From Clostridium facile (lineage in GTDB: Bacteria > Bacillota > Clostridia > Oscillospirales > Ruminococcaceae): DNA of 32,000 bases. How positions within the stretch are numbered: position 1 is the first letter of the stretch; each line of letters begins with the position of its first letter. The translations under genes were made by a program, and so were the position numbers. The notes beneath the pieces are model-generated. The model searched no databases. It saw only the letters and a list, made by a program, of their open reading frames with translations, and was not told where the DNA came from. Below, in pieces: positions 15,918-22,927 of this stretch. The stretch covers positions 1,453,584-1,485,583 of the forward strand of contig NZ_JACOQK010000001.1 of the NCBI RefSeq assembly GCF_014297275.1, in the 5' to 3' direction.

Positions 15918-16814
15918 TCACCTAACTGCAACTGCATTGCATTTTTCTTCTAATAATGCTGGATAATAAGAGAGCTTTGCTTTGCGCAATCCTTCCGCAC
16001 CAGTATCATCTTCACGGTTGATATATTGATAATCTTGACAAGTATTTTTTACAAATTGTTGGTTGATGATTGGATAAGCTCCCTGAATCTCAGACATCGC
16101 TTTTTCAATATGGACCACAAAGGTATCAGAATTTAAAGGTTCCCCCATACAATAGGCAATCACTTCTCCGTCCACACGGATTAATCCACCTTTTAATCCT
16201 AGTGCATCAAAGTGCCGAAATGCCTGCGCAACAGCACATTGCTCGCTTAATTTTTCATCATCCATTAAGCAGTCATTCACAGCACACCAACGTTTGTTCA
16301 TCTGTCGGCATTCTTCTTTATTTTCCGGTGTAATTGGTTCATATGACCATCTACCCTCATTATTTTCCAAAAAACGGTTAATATGATTCCGCTTAGAATG
16401 AAGTTTTTTTCCAGAAAGAGTAGTTAATTTCTCGGTGAAATAAATATAATCAAAATAATCCCTAGTTTCGGTAAACTCAAATTTTCCTGGGAATTCCTGT
16501 TCCAGCTGTTCCTGTGCCTGTTTGTTGACACTGTGAAGATAAAACGGCTGCCCCAACTGGACTGAATATTCTTCCATTGCTTGGATTACCGGCCGTAACT
16601 CCCCTTTACCTGGCGGAAATAAAAAGCTGATTTTTCCGTCTACCATTGACCCAACAATTAATCTATCCCCGACGCGGGCGATTCTGGTTTTATAAATAAA
16701 TTTCCATAAAAACATGGTGGAAAAACTATACTCACATCCGCGGAAATCCGAATAAGAAAGTAATTCATCCACCCAAGGTTTGTCCGTTAACTCAATCTCT
16801 TTTAATTCCAACAT
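15918..16814 (-). CDS. Standalone DUF2156 protein (homolog of the aminoacyl-tRNA-dependent C-terminal transferase domain of MprF/aaPG synthases)
   Basis: Pattern EYSFSTMFLW......R....L.......F.FPPG...DYIY....L..LSGKKLHSKRNHINRF....W.YE.I matches my recollection of PF09924 standalone members. ATG at 16814 lies 8 nt after the tmk stop. Confidence 0.7.
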   Translation of the reverse strand: MLELKEIELTDKPWVDELLSYSDFRGCEYSFSTMFLWKFIYKTRIARVGDRLIVGSMVDGKISFLFPPGKGELRPVIQAMEEYSVQLGQPFYLHSVNKQAQEQLEQEFPGKFEFTETRDYFDYIYFTEKLTTLSGKKLHSKRNHINRFLENNEGRWSYEPITPENKEECRQMNKRWCAVNDCLMDDEKLSEQCAVAQAFRHFDALGLKGGLIRVDGEVIAYCMGEPLNSDTFVVHIEKAMSEIQGAYPIINQQFVKNTCQDYQYINREDDTGAEGLRKAKLSYYPALLEEKCNAVAVR

Positions 16815-16821
16815 AATACCC

Positions 16822-17484
16822 TTACTTTCCAATGATTCTTTTGATTTGCTCCGAAATAGTTTCAATTGTATAGGGTTGTTGGCTATCGCTACAAGGAATC
16901 ACCGTCCAACCCAATTTTTCTGCTGCGTACAAAGCCGCTTTCCGGCAGTTTAATAAATAATTCAGATTGCTTTCATGAATATCTTTTTTCGAGTTATCCC
17001 CTTGATAACGGGCGCTCAATAATTTCTGGGATACATCCGGATGCATATCCAAATATAGGATTTGGTCCGGACGTGGAAGCCCCAATTTATCATATTCATA
17101 ATCCTGCAACCAATCCAAAAAAGAGTCCCAATCTTTTTCCTGCAATTTTACCATCTGATGGATTGCATTGGAACTGACATAGCGGTCACACAAAATTAAT
17201 GTTCCCCTTTGATAATCTTTTCCCCAGTCAGTCAAATAGCTGATATACCGGTCTGACGCATAAAATCCAGCAGCACCATAGGCGTTGATATCCTCTGGAT
17301 TGTTAGAAATTTCTCCATTCAGGTACATTTTTACCAATTCGGATGACCTACTGTTATAATCAGGAAATGTAACCTTCCGCACTGGAATTCCTTTGGATTG
17401 AAAATACTCTGCTAACAATGCTGTTTGAGTAGCTTTTCCACTACCATCCAAGCCATCAATTACGATTAAGTGTCGTTCTGGCAT
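16822..17484 (-). CDS. tmk: Thymidylate (dTMP) kinase, eukaryote-like type I flavour
   Basis: P-loop IDGLDGSGKATQ, a FPD..S..S......YL segment, the CDRYVSSN (DRY) motif and GLPRPDQILYLD. Its start codon overlaps the DUF896 stop (TAATG). Confidence 0.75.
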   Translation of the reverse strand: MPERHLIVIDGLDGSGKATQTALLAEYFQSKGIPVRKVTFPDYNSRSSELVKMYLNGEISNNPEDINAYGAAGFYASDRYISYLTDWGKDYQRGTLILCDRYVSSNAIHQMVKLQEKDWDSFLDWLQDYEYDKLGLPRPDQILYLDMHPDVSQKLLSARYQGDNSKKDIHESNLNYLLNCRKAALYAAEKLGWTVIPCSDSQQPYTIETISEQIKRIIGK

Positions 17485-17720
17485 TACTTATCTTGCTCCT
17501 CTTTTTGTGCTTGTTTCAATTTTTCTGGAGTAACATCATTTCCCTGTTCGTCCACCACTTTAATTCCCATCAACTGTTGTTTAAAACTTGCACGGAACAT
17601 TTTTAAATATTCCTGGCGCAGTTCATTCCGCTCCACCAGTTCCGCAGGGGTTAAATCTCGCTCTTTCGCAGTCCTTGCCAATTCATTAATTCGGTTTAAA
17701 ATCTCTTGATACCGTTCCAT
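17484..17720 (-). CDS. DUF896 / UPF0291 (YnzC-like) small helical protein
   Basis: 78 aa. I.RINELA...KERDLTPAE..ER..LRQEYL..FR...K..L..I.VVD..GNDVTP is the typical YnzC-family pattern. It starts 1 nt after the thyX stop. Confidence 0.8.
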   Translation of the reverse strand: MERYQEILNRINELARTAKERDLTPAELVERNELRQEYLKMFRASFKQQLMGIKVVDEQGNDVTPEKLKQAQKEEQDK

Positions 17721-17721
17721 A

Positions 17722-18501
17722 TTATTCTTCCCCGCTTTCCTGCTTTAATTGTTCAAAATAGGCCTTTACTTCTGCCATTTTTCCACAGGACATTTTTCCT
17801 TCTGGACATTTTCCAGTTAAGCAGGATGGTCCTGCATTCCGGAACAATGCTGGGGCAACCTGATAAACCAACCGCAGCATTTCATTGGCAACCGCACGGA
17901 TTTCCCACTGAGCACGATTGCAGCAACGATGATGGAAAAAATTCATCAAACTACGAGCATTCATGGTTAAAATCATTTTGGTATCACAGGCGTTGGGTAG
18001 AACAAAACGGGCGTCTTCAATCGCTTTTTTTTCTGCTTTGGAACGAGCCTGTTTTTCTGTGCATCCTTGTTCTAAAAATTCCTGGTAATGCTTTTGCGCT
18101 AAAAGATCAGCCAAGGCATGATAGTTCTCCATATCCTGTTCCATTGCTTTTATAAAAATCTCTTTTGCCTTTGGATCAGCCTCAATTTCAGGAGGTGTTA
18201 CATATTCAAATTGATTTTCTTTTACATAGCGTTGGCTTTGCACACTGTAAGATGCTAAACGGTGACGAGTAACCTGCGCCAAAAATGCACGAGATACCCC
18301 TTCGATTCCAAAGGTAAAGCTGACATGTTCAATAGGGCTCTCATGCCCCATGCTAGATAGCATGTCCACAAAATCCCTGGCTTTTTCTTCGGTTAACCCG
18401 TCATAAACCTGATCAATCCCAATGGGACTATAACAGAGTTTTGCAGCACAAGCTACAGTTTTTTCTGGGTTTGGTGTATAAGAAATCAACTGGACCTTCA
18501 T
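17722..18501 (-). CDS. thyX: FAD-dependent thymidylate synthase ThyX
   Basis: ThyX signature [14 protein letters not shown] and downstream R..AQWEIR. Carries a C-terminal Cys-rich extension [17 protein letters not shown]. Confidence 0.9.
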   Translation of the reverse strand: MKVQLISYTPNPEKTVACAAKLCYSPIGIDQVYDGLTEEKARDFVDMLSSMGHESPIEHVSFTFGIEGVSRAFLAQVTRHRLASYSVQSQRYVKENQFEYVTPPEIEADPKAKEIFIKAMEQDMENYHALADLLAQKHYQEFLEQGCTEKQARSKAEKKAIEDARFVLPNACDTKMILTMNARSLMNFFHHRCCNRAQWEIRAVANEMLRLVYQVAPALFRNAGPSCLTGKCPEGKMSCGKMAEVKAYFEQLKQESGEE

Positions 18502-18577
18502 GTAAAACGAACCCCCTATATTGTACTATCTCCATTGATTGTGGCACGAAATTGTATAATATGCCAATTGTTCTTTT

Positions 18578-18606
18578 ATTATAGCAAATTATATCAATAA
18601 AATCAA
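18578..18606 (-). promoter_or_regulatory. Strong sigma-A-type promoter of the thyX operon
   Basis: The minus strand reads TTGATT, a 17-nt spacer, then TATAAT with an extended TG (TGCTATAAT). It lies directly downstream of the preceding terminator. About 68-nt leader. Confidence 0.6.
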
Positions 18607-18618
18607 ATATACAGAGAT

Positions 18619-18666
18619 AAAAAACAGGCGGTTCCCTCTGGTATAAAACCAGAAGTTTACCGCCTG
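18619..18666 (-). terminator. Rho-independent terminator after the Cys-rich protein gene
   Basis: Minus strand: CAGGCGGT...ACCGCCTG outer stem with an inner CTGGT/ACCAG pairing, followed by T6 (A-run 18619-18624 on the plus strand). Confidence 0.8.
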
Positions 18667-18677
18667 AGTTGATGGAA

Positions 18678-19481
18678 CTATTTGCCGCATTCTCCACAAT
18701 CACTGCTGCAATCATCAATGCGGGGTGGGAAAAATTGATCCACTGGGAATTGAATTTTTTCAAAGATGTCGCAAGGACTATCTGATGTGGTGGTGCATTC
18801 CTTATCTGGAATACAAAAATCATAAACAGGGATCATCATTTGTACTTGGCGTTCCAACTGGATAATGGAAAACAAGCCAATTGTCACAGTAACCATCCTT
18901 TGTGGTAATACACATTCAAAGGAACCTTCAAATTGTTTGCATACACAGTTTGGAACGGAAATACAACAATCCAGGTTTGGTTCTGGGCAATCACACAAAT
19001 CACAGGAAAGCAACATAGGCTGTGCCACCTGCAAACGTGCCTTTGGAAGGTATTTTGGCGCAATATAATCCTGTTCATTCTGATCGTTAGTAAATACTTT
19101 TACACTGCCTTCGCTGCCATATAAGATTACTTTTTTGTTCGCTGTTGCCAAACCGCACACAGCTGTCGGCGGATTAACCGGAGATGTATAGGCATCTAAC
19201 TGAACCAAGAAAAAATATGTGATGTCCACCGAATAAAACCCTTTGTTAAACGGTACCGGCTCAACCGATAAATAGGCGCTGGCAACATCCACGTTTTTTG
19301 CTTTTACTGTGTAAGCAGTATCGATAATAGGCTGGGTAACATCAGTAAAATACACCCTTAAGTCAGCAAGACAATCCTTATCTCCACAGGAATCGTAAAT
19401 CCTTGCGGCATCGATACAAACGGCTTCTTTAAATTCGTCAGAATTTCCACAGCCAAATGTGCCAAATTGATTTTCTGCCAT
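18678..19481 (-). CDS. Uncharacterised cysteine-rich protein (267 aa, 19 Cys, no signal peptide)
   Basis: ATG at 19481 sits 6 nt after a perfect AGGAGG. The N-terminus has C-x-...-VCIDAARIYDSCGDKDCL, there is a central CDLCDCPEPNLDCCISVPNCVC cluster, and the C-terminus is DDCSSDCGECGK. I recognise no family. Confidence 0.8.
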   Translation of the reverse strand: MAENQFGTFGCGNSDEFKEAVCIDAARIYDSCGDKDCLADLRVYFTDVTQPIIDTAYTVKAKNVDVASAYLSVEPVPFNKGFYSVDITYFFLVQLDAYTSPVNPPTAVCGLATANKKVILYGSEGSVKVFTNDQNEQDYIAPKYLPKARLQVAQPMLLSCDLCDCPEPNLDCCISVPNCVCKQFEGSFECVLPQRMVTVTIGLFSIIQLERQVQMMIPVYDFCIPDKECTTTSDSPCDIFEKIQFPVDQFFPPRIDDCSSDCGECGK

Positions 19482-19539
19482 AAGAATCCTCCTATAATAA
19501 AATGATATTGAGGTATACCTCGGAAGCAATTGCTTACTA

Positions 19540-19566
19540 TATCATATGTGAAGGATTCAAAATTGT
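19540..19566 (-). promoter_or_regulatory. Sigma-K-like promoter candidate upstream of the Cys-rich gene
   Basis: The minus strand reads AC, 16 nt, then CATATGATA. This matches the short B. subtilis sigma-K consensus AC-N16/17-CATAnnnTA. It lies about 60 nt upstream of the ATG. Confidence 0.3.
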
Positions 19567-19583
19567 GCTAAAATCCAGCTAAG

Positions 19584-19778
19584 TTATAGCCCTGCTCCAA
19601 AAATTTGATTGATATAATCGTGCATTTCCTGTTTGCTGTGAATACTGTGCGTATGGTCAATAATAGCGGCTTGTTCTGGCTTGGATAAATCCACAAATTT
19701 TTTCATTGCGTCTGTGTTTTGTGCCAATGCCATTCCCAAACCCATTGGTAAATCTTTTAAATTGATTTCTGATTTCAT
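19584..19778 (-). CDS. Small hypothetical protein (64 aa, predicted helical)
   Basis: GAGGTG RBS 7 nt before the ATG. The sequence MGLGMALAQN..AM..F..L....Q..I......I.SK.EM...I looks like a conserved small Firmicute protein type, but I cannot name a family. Confidence 0.65.
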   Translation of the reverse strand: MKSEINLKDLPMGLGMALAQNTDAMKKFVDLSKPEQAAIIDHTHSIHSKQEMHDYINQIFGAGL

Positions 19779-19826
19779 AACAAATCACCTCAAAAATAGC
19801 ATACCACTTTACATTTGGTTTATGCT

Positions 19827-19855
19827 ATAATACAAGAAAAAGCTTTTCTTATCAA
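19827..19855 (-). promoter_or_regulatory. Sigma-A-type promoter for the 64-aa ORF
   Basis: The minus strand reads TTGATA, a 17-nt spacer, then TATTAT. Its -10 box overlaps a plus-strand TGCTATAAT extended -10 (19823-19831) facing the pncA-like gene. Confidence 0.5.
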
Positions 19856-19871
19856 GAATGGAGGTATTGGA

Positions 19872-20399
19872 GTGAAAAAATTATTAATTGTGGTGGATTA
19901 TCAAAAGGATTTTGTCAACGGAAGCCTGGGCTTTCCAGAAGCTGAACAGTTGGAACAGCCTATTTATGAAAAAATAAAACAATACCATCAGGAAAACCAA
20001 GATGTCCTATTTACATTTGACACCCACCAGAAGAACTACCTGGATACAAAAGAGGGCAAATATCTCCCCATAGTCCATTGTATTCAACATACAGAAGGAT
20101 GGAAACTATTTGGAAAAGTAGCAGAAGAAAAACAGGAGAAAGACGCTGTTATTTTGAAACCTAGCTTTGGCTCCTTAGAGTTGATTTCCTTTTTACAGCG
20201 TGGAAACTATGAAGAAATTGAACTGGTTGGAATCGTCTCTAATATCTGTGTCATCTCCAACGCAATTTTGGCAAAAACAGCTTTACCAGAAGCAGAAGTA
20301 ATTGTGGATGCGCACTGTGTTGCCAGCAATGATAGCCAATTAAATCAAGCTGCTTTACAGGTGATGCAAGGGCTACAAATACAGGTAAAAAATTTATAA
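19872..20399 (+). CDS. pncA: Isochorismatase-family cysteine hydrolase, nicotinamidase/pyrazinamidase-like
   Basis: GTG start 7 nt after GGAGG. Catalytic-triad context: VVDYQKDF (Asp), ILKPSFG (Lys), VSNICV (Cys). Metal-site-like FDTH...VHC. Confidence 0.65.
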   Translation: MKKLLIVVDYQKDFVNGSLGFPEAEQLEQPIYEKIKQYHQENQDVLFTFDTHQKNYLDTKEGKYLPIVHCIQHTEGWKLFGKVAEEKQEKDAVILKPSFGSLELISFLQRGNYEEIELVGIVSNICVISNAILAKTALPEAEVIVDAHCVASNDSQLNQAALQVMQGLQIQVKNL

Positions 20400-20450
20400 A
20401 CCGATCAAAACTCCATCCAGCAAAAAATTACTTGAAATCCATCTATATCG

Positions 20451-20489
20451 AAAAAAGCCTATTATTGCAAATAACAATAATAGGCTTTT
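20451..20489. terminator. Bidirectional rho-independent terminator
   Basis: A6 + GCCTATTATTG (20457-20467), a 7-nt loop, CAATAATAGGC (20475-20485) + T4. Lies between convergent genes. Confidence 0.85.
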
Positions 20490-20492
20490 ATT

Positions 20493-22775
20493 CTATTGCT
20501 GATTTATTTGGAATAGTAATTCCCCATCCTGTTCGGAAAGTTCAATTGATGTTAACACTTCATCTGTGTTGGTAATCATAATATTCGCGATTCCATCTTC
20601 TACTTTTTTACGGATAGTTTTCCGTAATTCACGAGCGCCAAAACGAGCTCCATCCGACTGTTTGGTCAAGTAAACAACCGCTTTTTGGTCATAATGGAAT
20701 TTGATGTATTTTTCTGCCAATACTTCTTTCAATTCGTCCAACATTAAGCAGGCAATTTTTTCCATATTCTCCTGGGTTAGGTGGTGGAATACCACAATTT
20801 CATCCACACGGCTCATAAACTCAGGACGCAAGAATTCAGACAAAGCTCGGATTGCTTTTTCCTGATCCACCTGGTCTTCCGTTTTATTAAAGCCTGCCAC
20901 ACCAGTTTTGGTGCTAGAACCAGCATTGGAAGTCATTACAATGACTGTGTTTTCAAAGTTTACAGTCCTACCATGGGAATCTGTTACCTTTCCTTCATCC
21001 AGAATCTGCAACAGGATATTCATCACATCTGGATGAGCTTTTTCAATCTCGTCAAATAAAATGACAGAATAAGGGCGACGGCGTACTTTTTCGGTCAACT
21101 GGCCAGCATCGTCATACCCCACATATCCTGGAGGGGAACCAACCAACCGGGAAACAGCGTGTTTCTCCATGTATTCGGACATATCCAAACGGATCAATGG
21201 ATCAACCCCGTCAAATAAAGTAGATGCCAACACCTTTACCAGCTCTGTTTTTCCCACACCAGTTGGACCAACAAAAATAAACGATGCTGGACGGCGGCGC
21301 TTACTCAATTGGGCACGATTCCGTTTGATTGCTTCCGCTACCAGTTTTACTGCATGGTCCTGCCCGATCACTTTGGATTTCAGTTCATCTTCCAATGTGG
21401 TCAAACGTTTAATATCATTCTGCTGAATTTTATTTGCTGGAACACCTGTCCATAATTCTACCACCCTTGCCACATCTTCCATGGTAACACGGATGTTCAT
21501 TACCTTTGGCTCCAACTCTTTTAAATGTTCTTTTACTTTACTGATTTCGGATTTTACGTTGGCAATCCGTTCATAATCAGGGTTTTCTGTTTCAGATGAT
21601 AAATCTTCCTCTTCCTGGTACAGCTCTTTTAACTGTTTGTTCAAACGGTCATATTCCGTCAACTCTTTACAGCGTAATGAGCGGCATGCACAGGATTCAT
21701 CCAACAAGTCAATCGCTTTATCTGGCAGAAAACGGTCTGTAATATATCGTTCGGAAAGTTCCACCGCACTGCGGACAATTTCAGGGGATACCAGTACCCT
21801 ATGATGTAATTCATAGTATTTTTTAATCCCCATTAAGATGTCAACAGTTTCGGAAATCGTAGGTTCATCCACTGTAACTGGTTGGAAACGGCGTTCCAAC
21901 GCGGAATCATTTTCAATGTGTTTCCGGTATTCATTAAAGGTAGTGGCACCAATCACCTGGATTTCCCCACGGGATAATGCTGGCTTCAAAATATTGGCGG
22001 CACTCATGGAACCTTCAGAATCCCCCGTTCCCACTAAAGTATGCACTTCATCAATAAACAAAATAACATTGCCAGCTTTTTTTACTTCGCTGATCAATCC
22101 TTTGACACGGCTTTCAAACTGGCCACGGAATTGTGTACCAGCCACTAACGCTGTCATATCCAGCAAATAAACCTCTTTGTCAGCCAAACGGAAAGGAACT
22201 TCTTTGGCTTCGATTTTCTGGGCAATCCCCTCCGCAATTGCTGTTTTACCAACACCAGGTTCCCCAATCAAGCAAGGATTGTTTTTGGTACGGCGGGATA
22301 AAATCTGAGTTACACGATAGATTTCCCGATCCCTTCCAATAATATTATCCAGTTCCCCATTGCGGGCACGTAAATTTAAATTAGTGCAATAAGTAGTTAA
22401 ATATTTATATTTTTCTTTCTTTTTCTTTTTGGATTTTTTATCCTTATCGGAACCATCTTCTTCCGTGTCCTCATCCTGTTCAGCAGGTACTGCCATTTCA
22501 TTTCCATTGACATTGCCAAACATTCCACTGACAAATGGATTCATGACATCCGCTCCACCTGGCTCAAAGTCTTCCTCCATCATGGTCATTAACTGATTGC
22601 TCATGTTTTCAATATCATCATCTGTAATTCCCATTTTTTCAGTCATCTCTTTAATTTGAGGGATGTTTAGCTCTTTCGCACATTTTAAACATAACCCTTC
22701 ATTAATTGTCTGACCGTTTTCCTGACGGGATACATAAACAACAGCCATTCTTTTTTTGCATCTGCTACAAATCAT
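20493..22775 (-). CDS. ClpC/ClpA-type double-AAA+ unfoldase with an N-terminal CxxC...CxxC zinc ribbon in place of the Clp-N repeat domain
   Basis: Two Walker A motifs ([25 protein letters not shown]). Short coiled-coil middle region. ClpP-docking-like loop GVAGFNK. The N-terminus is MICSRCKK...GLCLKCAKE followed by an acidic then lysine-rich linker. AAAGGAGA RBS. Confidence 0.85.
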   Translation of the reverse strand: MICSRCKKRMAVVYVSRQENGQTINEGLCLKCAKELNIPQIKEMTEKMGITDDDIENMSNQLMTMMEEDFEPGGADVMNPFVSGMFGNVNGNEMAVPAEQDEDTEEDGSDKDKKSKKKKKEKYKYLTTYCTNLNLRARNGELDNIIGRDREIYRVTQILSRRTKNNPCLIGEPGVGKTAIAEGIAQKIEAKEVPFRLADKEVYLLDMTALVAGTQFRGQFESRVKGLISEVKKAGNVILFIDEVHTLVGTGDSEGSMSAANILKPALSRGEIQVIGATTFNEYRKHIENDSALERRFQPVTVDEPTISETVDILMGIKKYYELHHRVLVSPEIVRSAVELSERYITDRFLPDKAIDLLDESCACRSLRCKELTEYDRLNKQLKELYQEEEDLSSETENPDYERIANVKSEISKVKEHLKELEPKVMNIRVTMEDVARVVELWTGVPANKIQQNDIKRLTTLEDELKSKVIGQDHAVKLVAEAIKRNRAQLSKRRRPASFIFVGPTGVGKTELVKVLASTLFDGVDPLIRLDMSEYMEKHAVSRLVGSPPGYVGYDDAGQLTEKVRRRPYSVILFDEIEKAHPDVMNILLQILDEGKVTDSHGRTVNFENTVIVMTSNAGSSTKTGVAGFNKTEDQVDQEKAIRALSEFLRPEFMSRVDEIVVFHHLTQENMEKIACLMLDELKEVLAEKYIKFHYDQKAVVYLTKQSDGARFGARELRKTIRKKVEDGIANIMITNTDEVLTSIELSEQDGELLFQINQQ

Positions 22776-22927
22776 GTTGATCTCCTTTTATCGTAAAGTG
22801 TGAACCACACAAAATACAACCCCTCTTTTGGGATAACAAATACCATTATGCACTGGATAAAACAGAAATTCAAGTAATATATTATGAATAAATACCGAGT
22901 TTATGAACTTACTGCAATAAAAATAGA

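Noticed and set aside
18561-18574. A LexA/Cheo-box-like sequence (minus strand AGAACAATTGGCAT) at the thyX transcription start region. I looked for it because DUF896/ynzC is SOS-regulated in Bacillus.
   Set aside because: Only the GAAC half-site is present. The second half is GGCA rather than GTTC, which is not a credible LexA site.
18428-18823. A 131-aa minus-strand ORF spanning the thyX 5' end, its promoter, a terminator and the 3' end of the Cys-rich gene.
   Set aside because: It runs through a clear terminator hairpin and promoter, and overlaps two well-supported genes out of frame. It is an artefact of AT-rich sequence.
22776-22927. CtsR (GGTCAAA direct repeat) or CIRCE (TTAGCACTC-N9-GAGTGCTAA) operators upstream of the Clp ATPase gene, and the small GTGTG/CACAC hairpin at about 22798-22810.
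   Set aside because: I found no match to either operator on either strand. The hairpin is only 5 bp with a 3-nt loop, too weak to call as a terminator or regulator.
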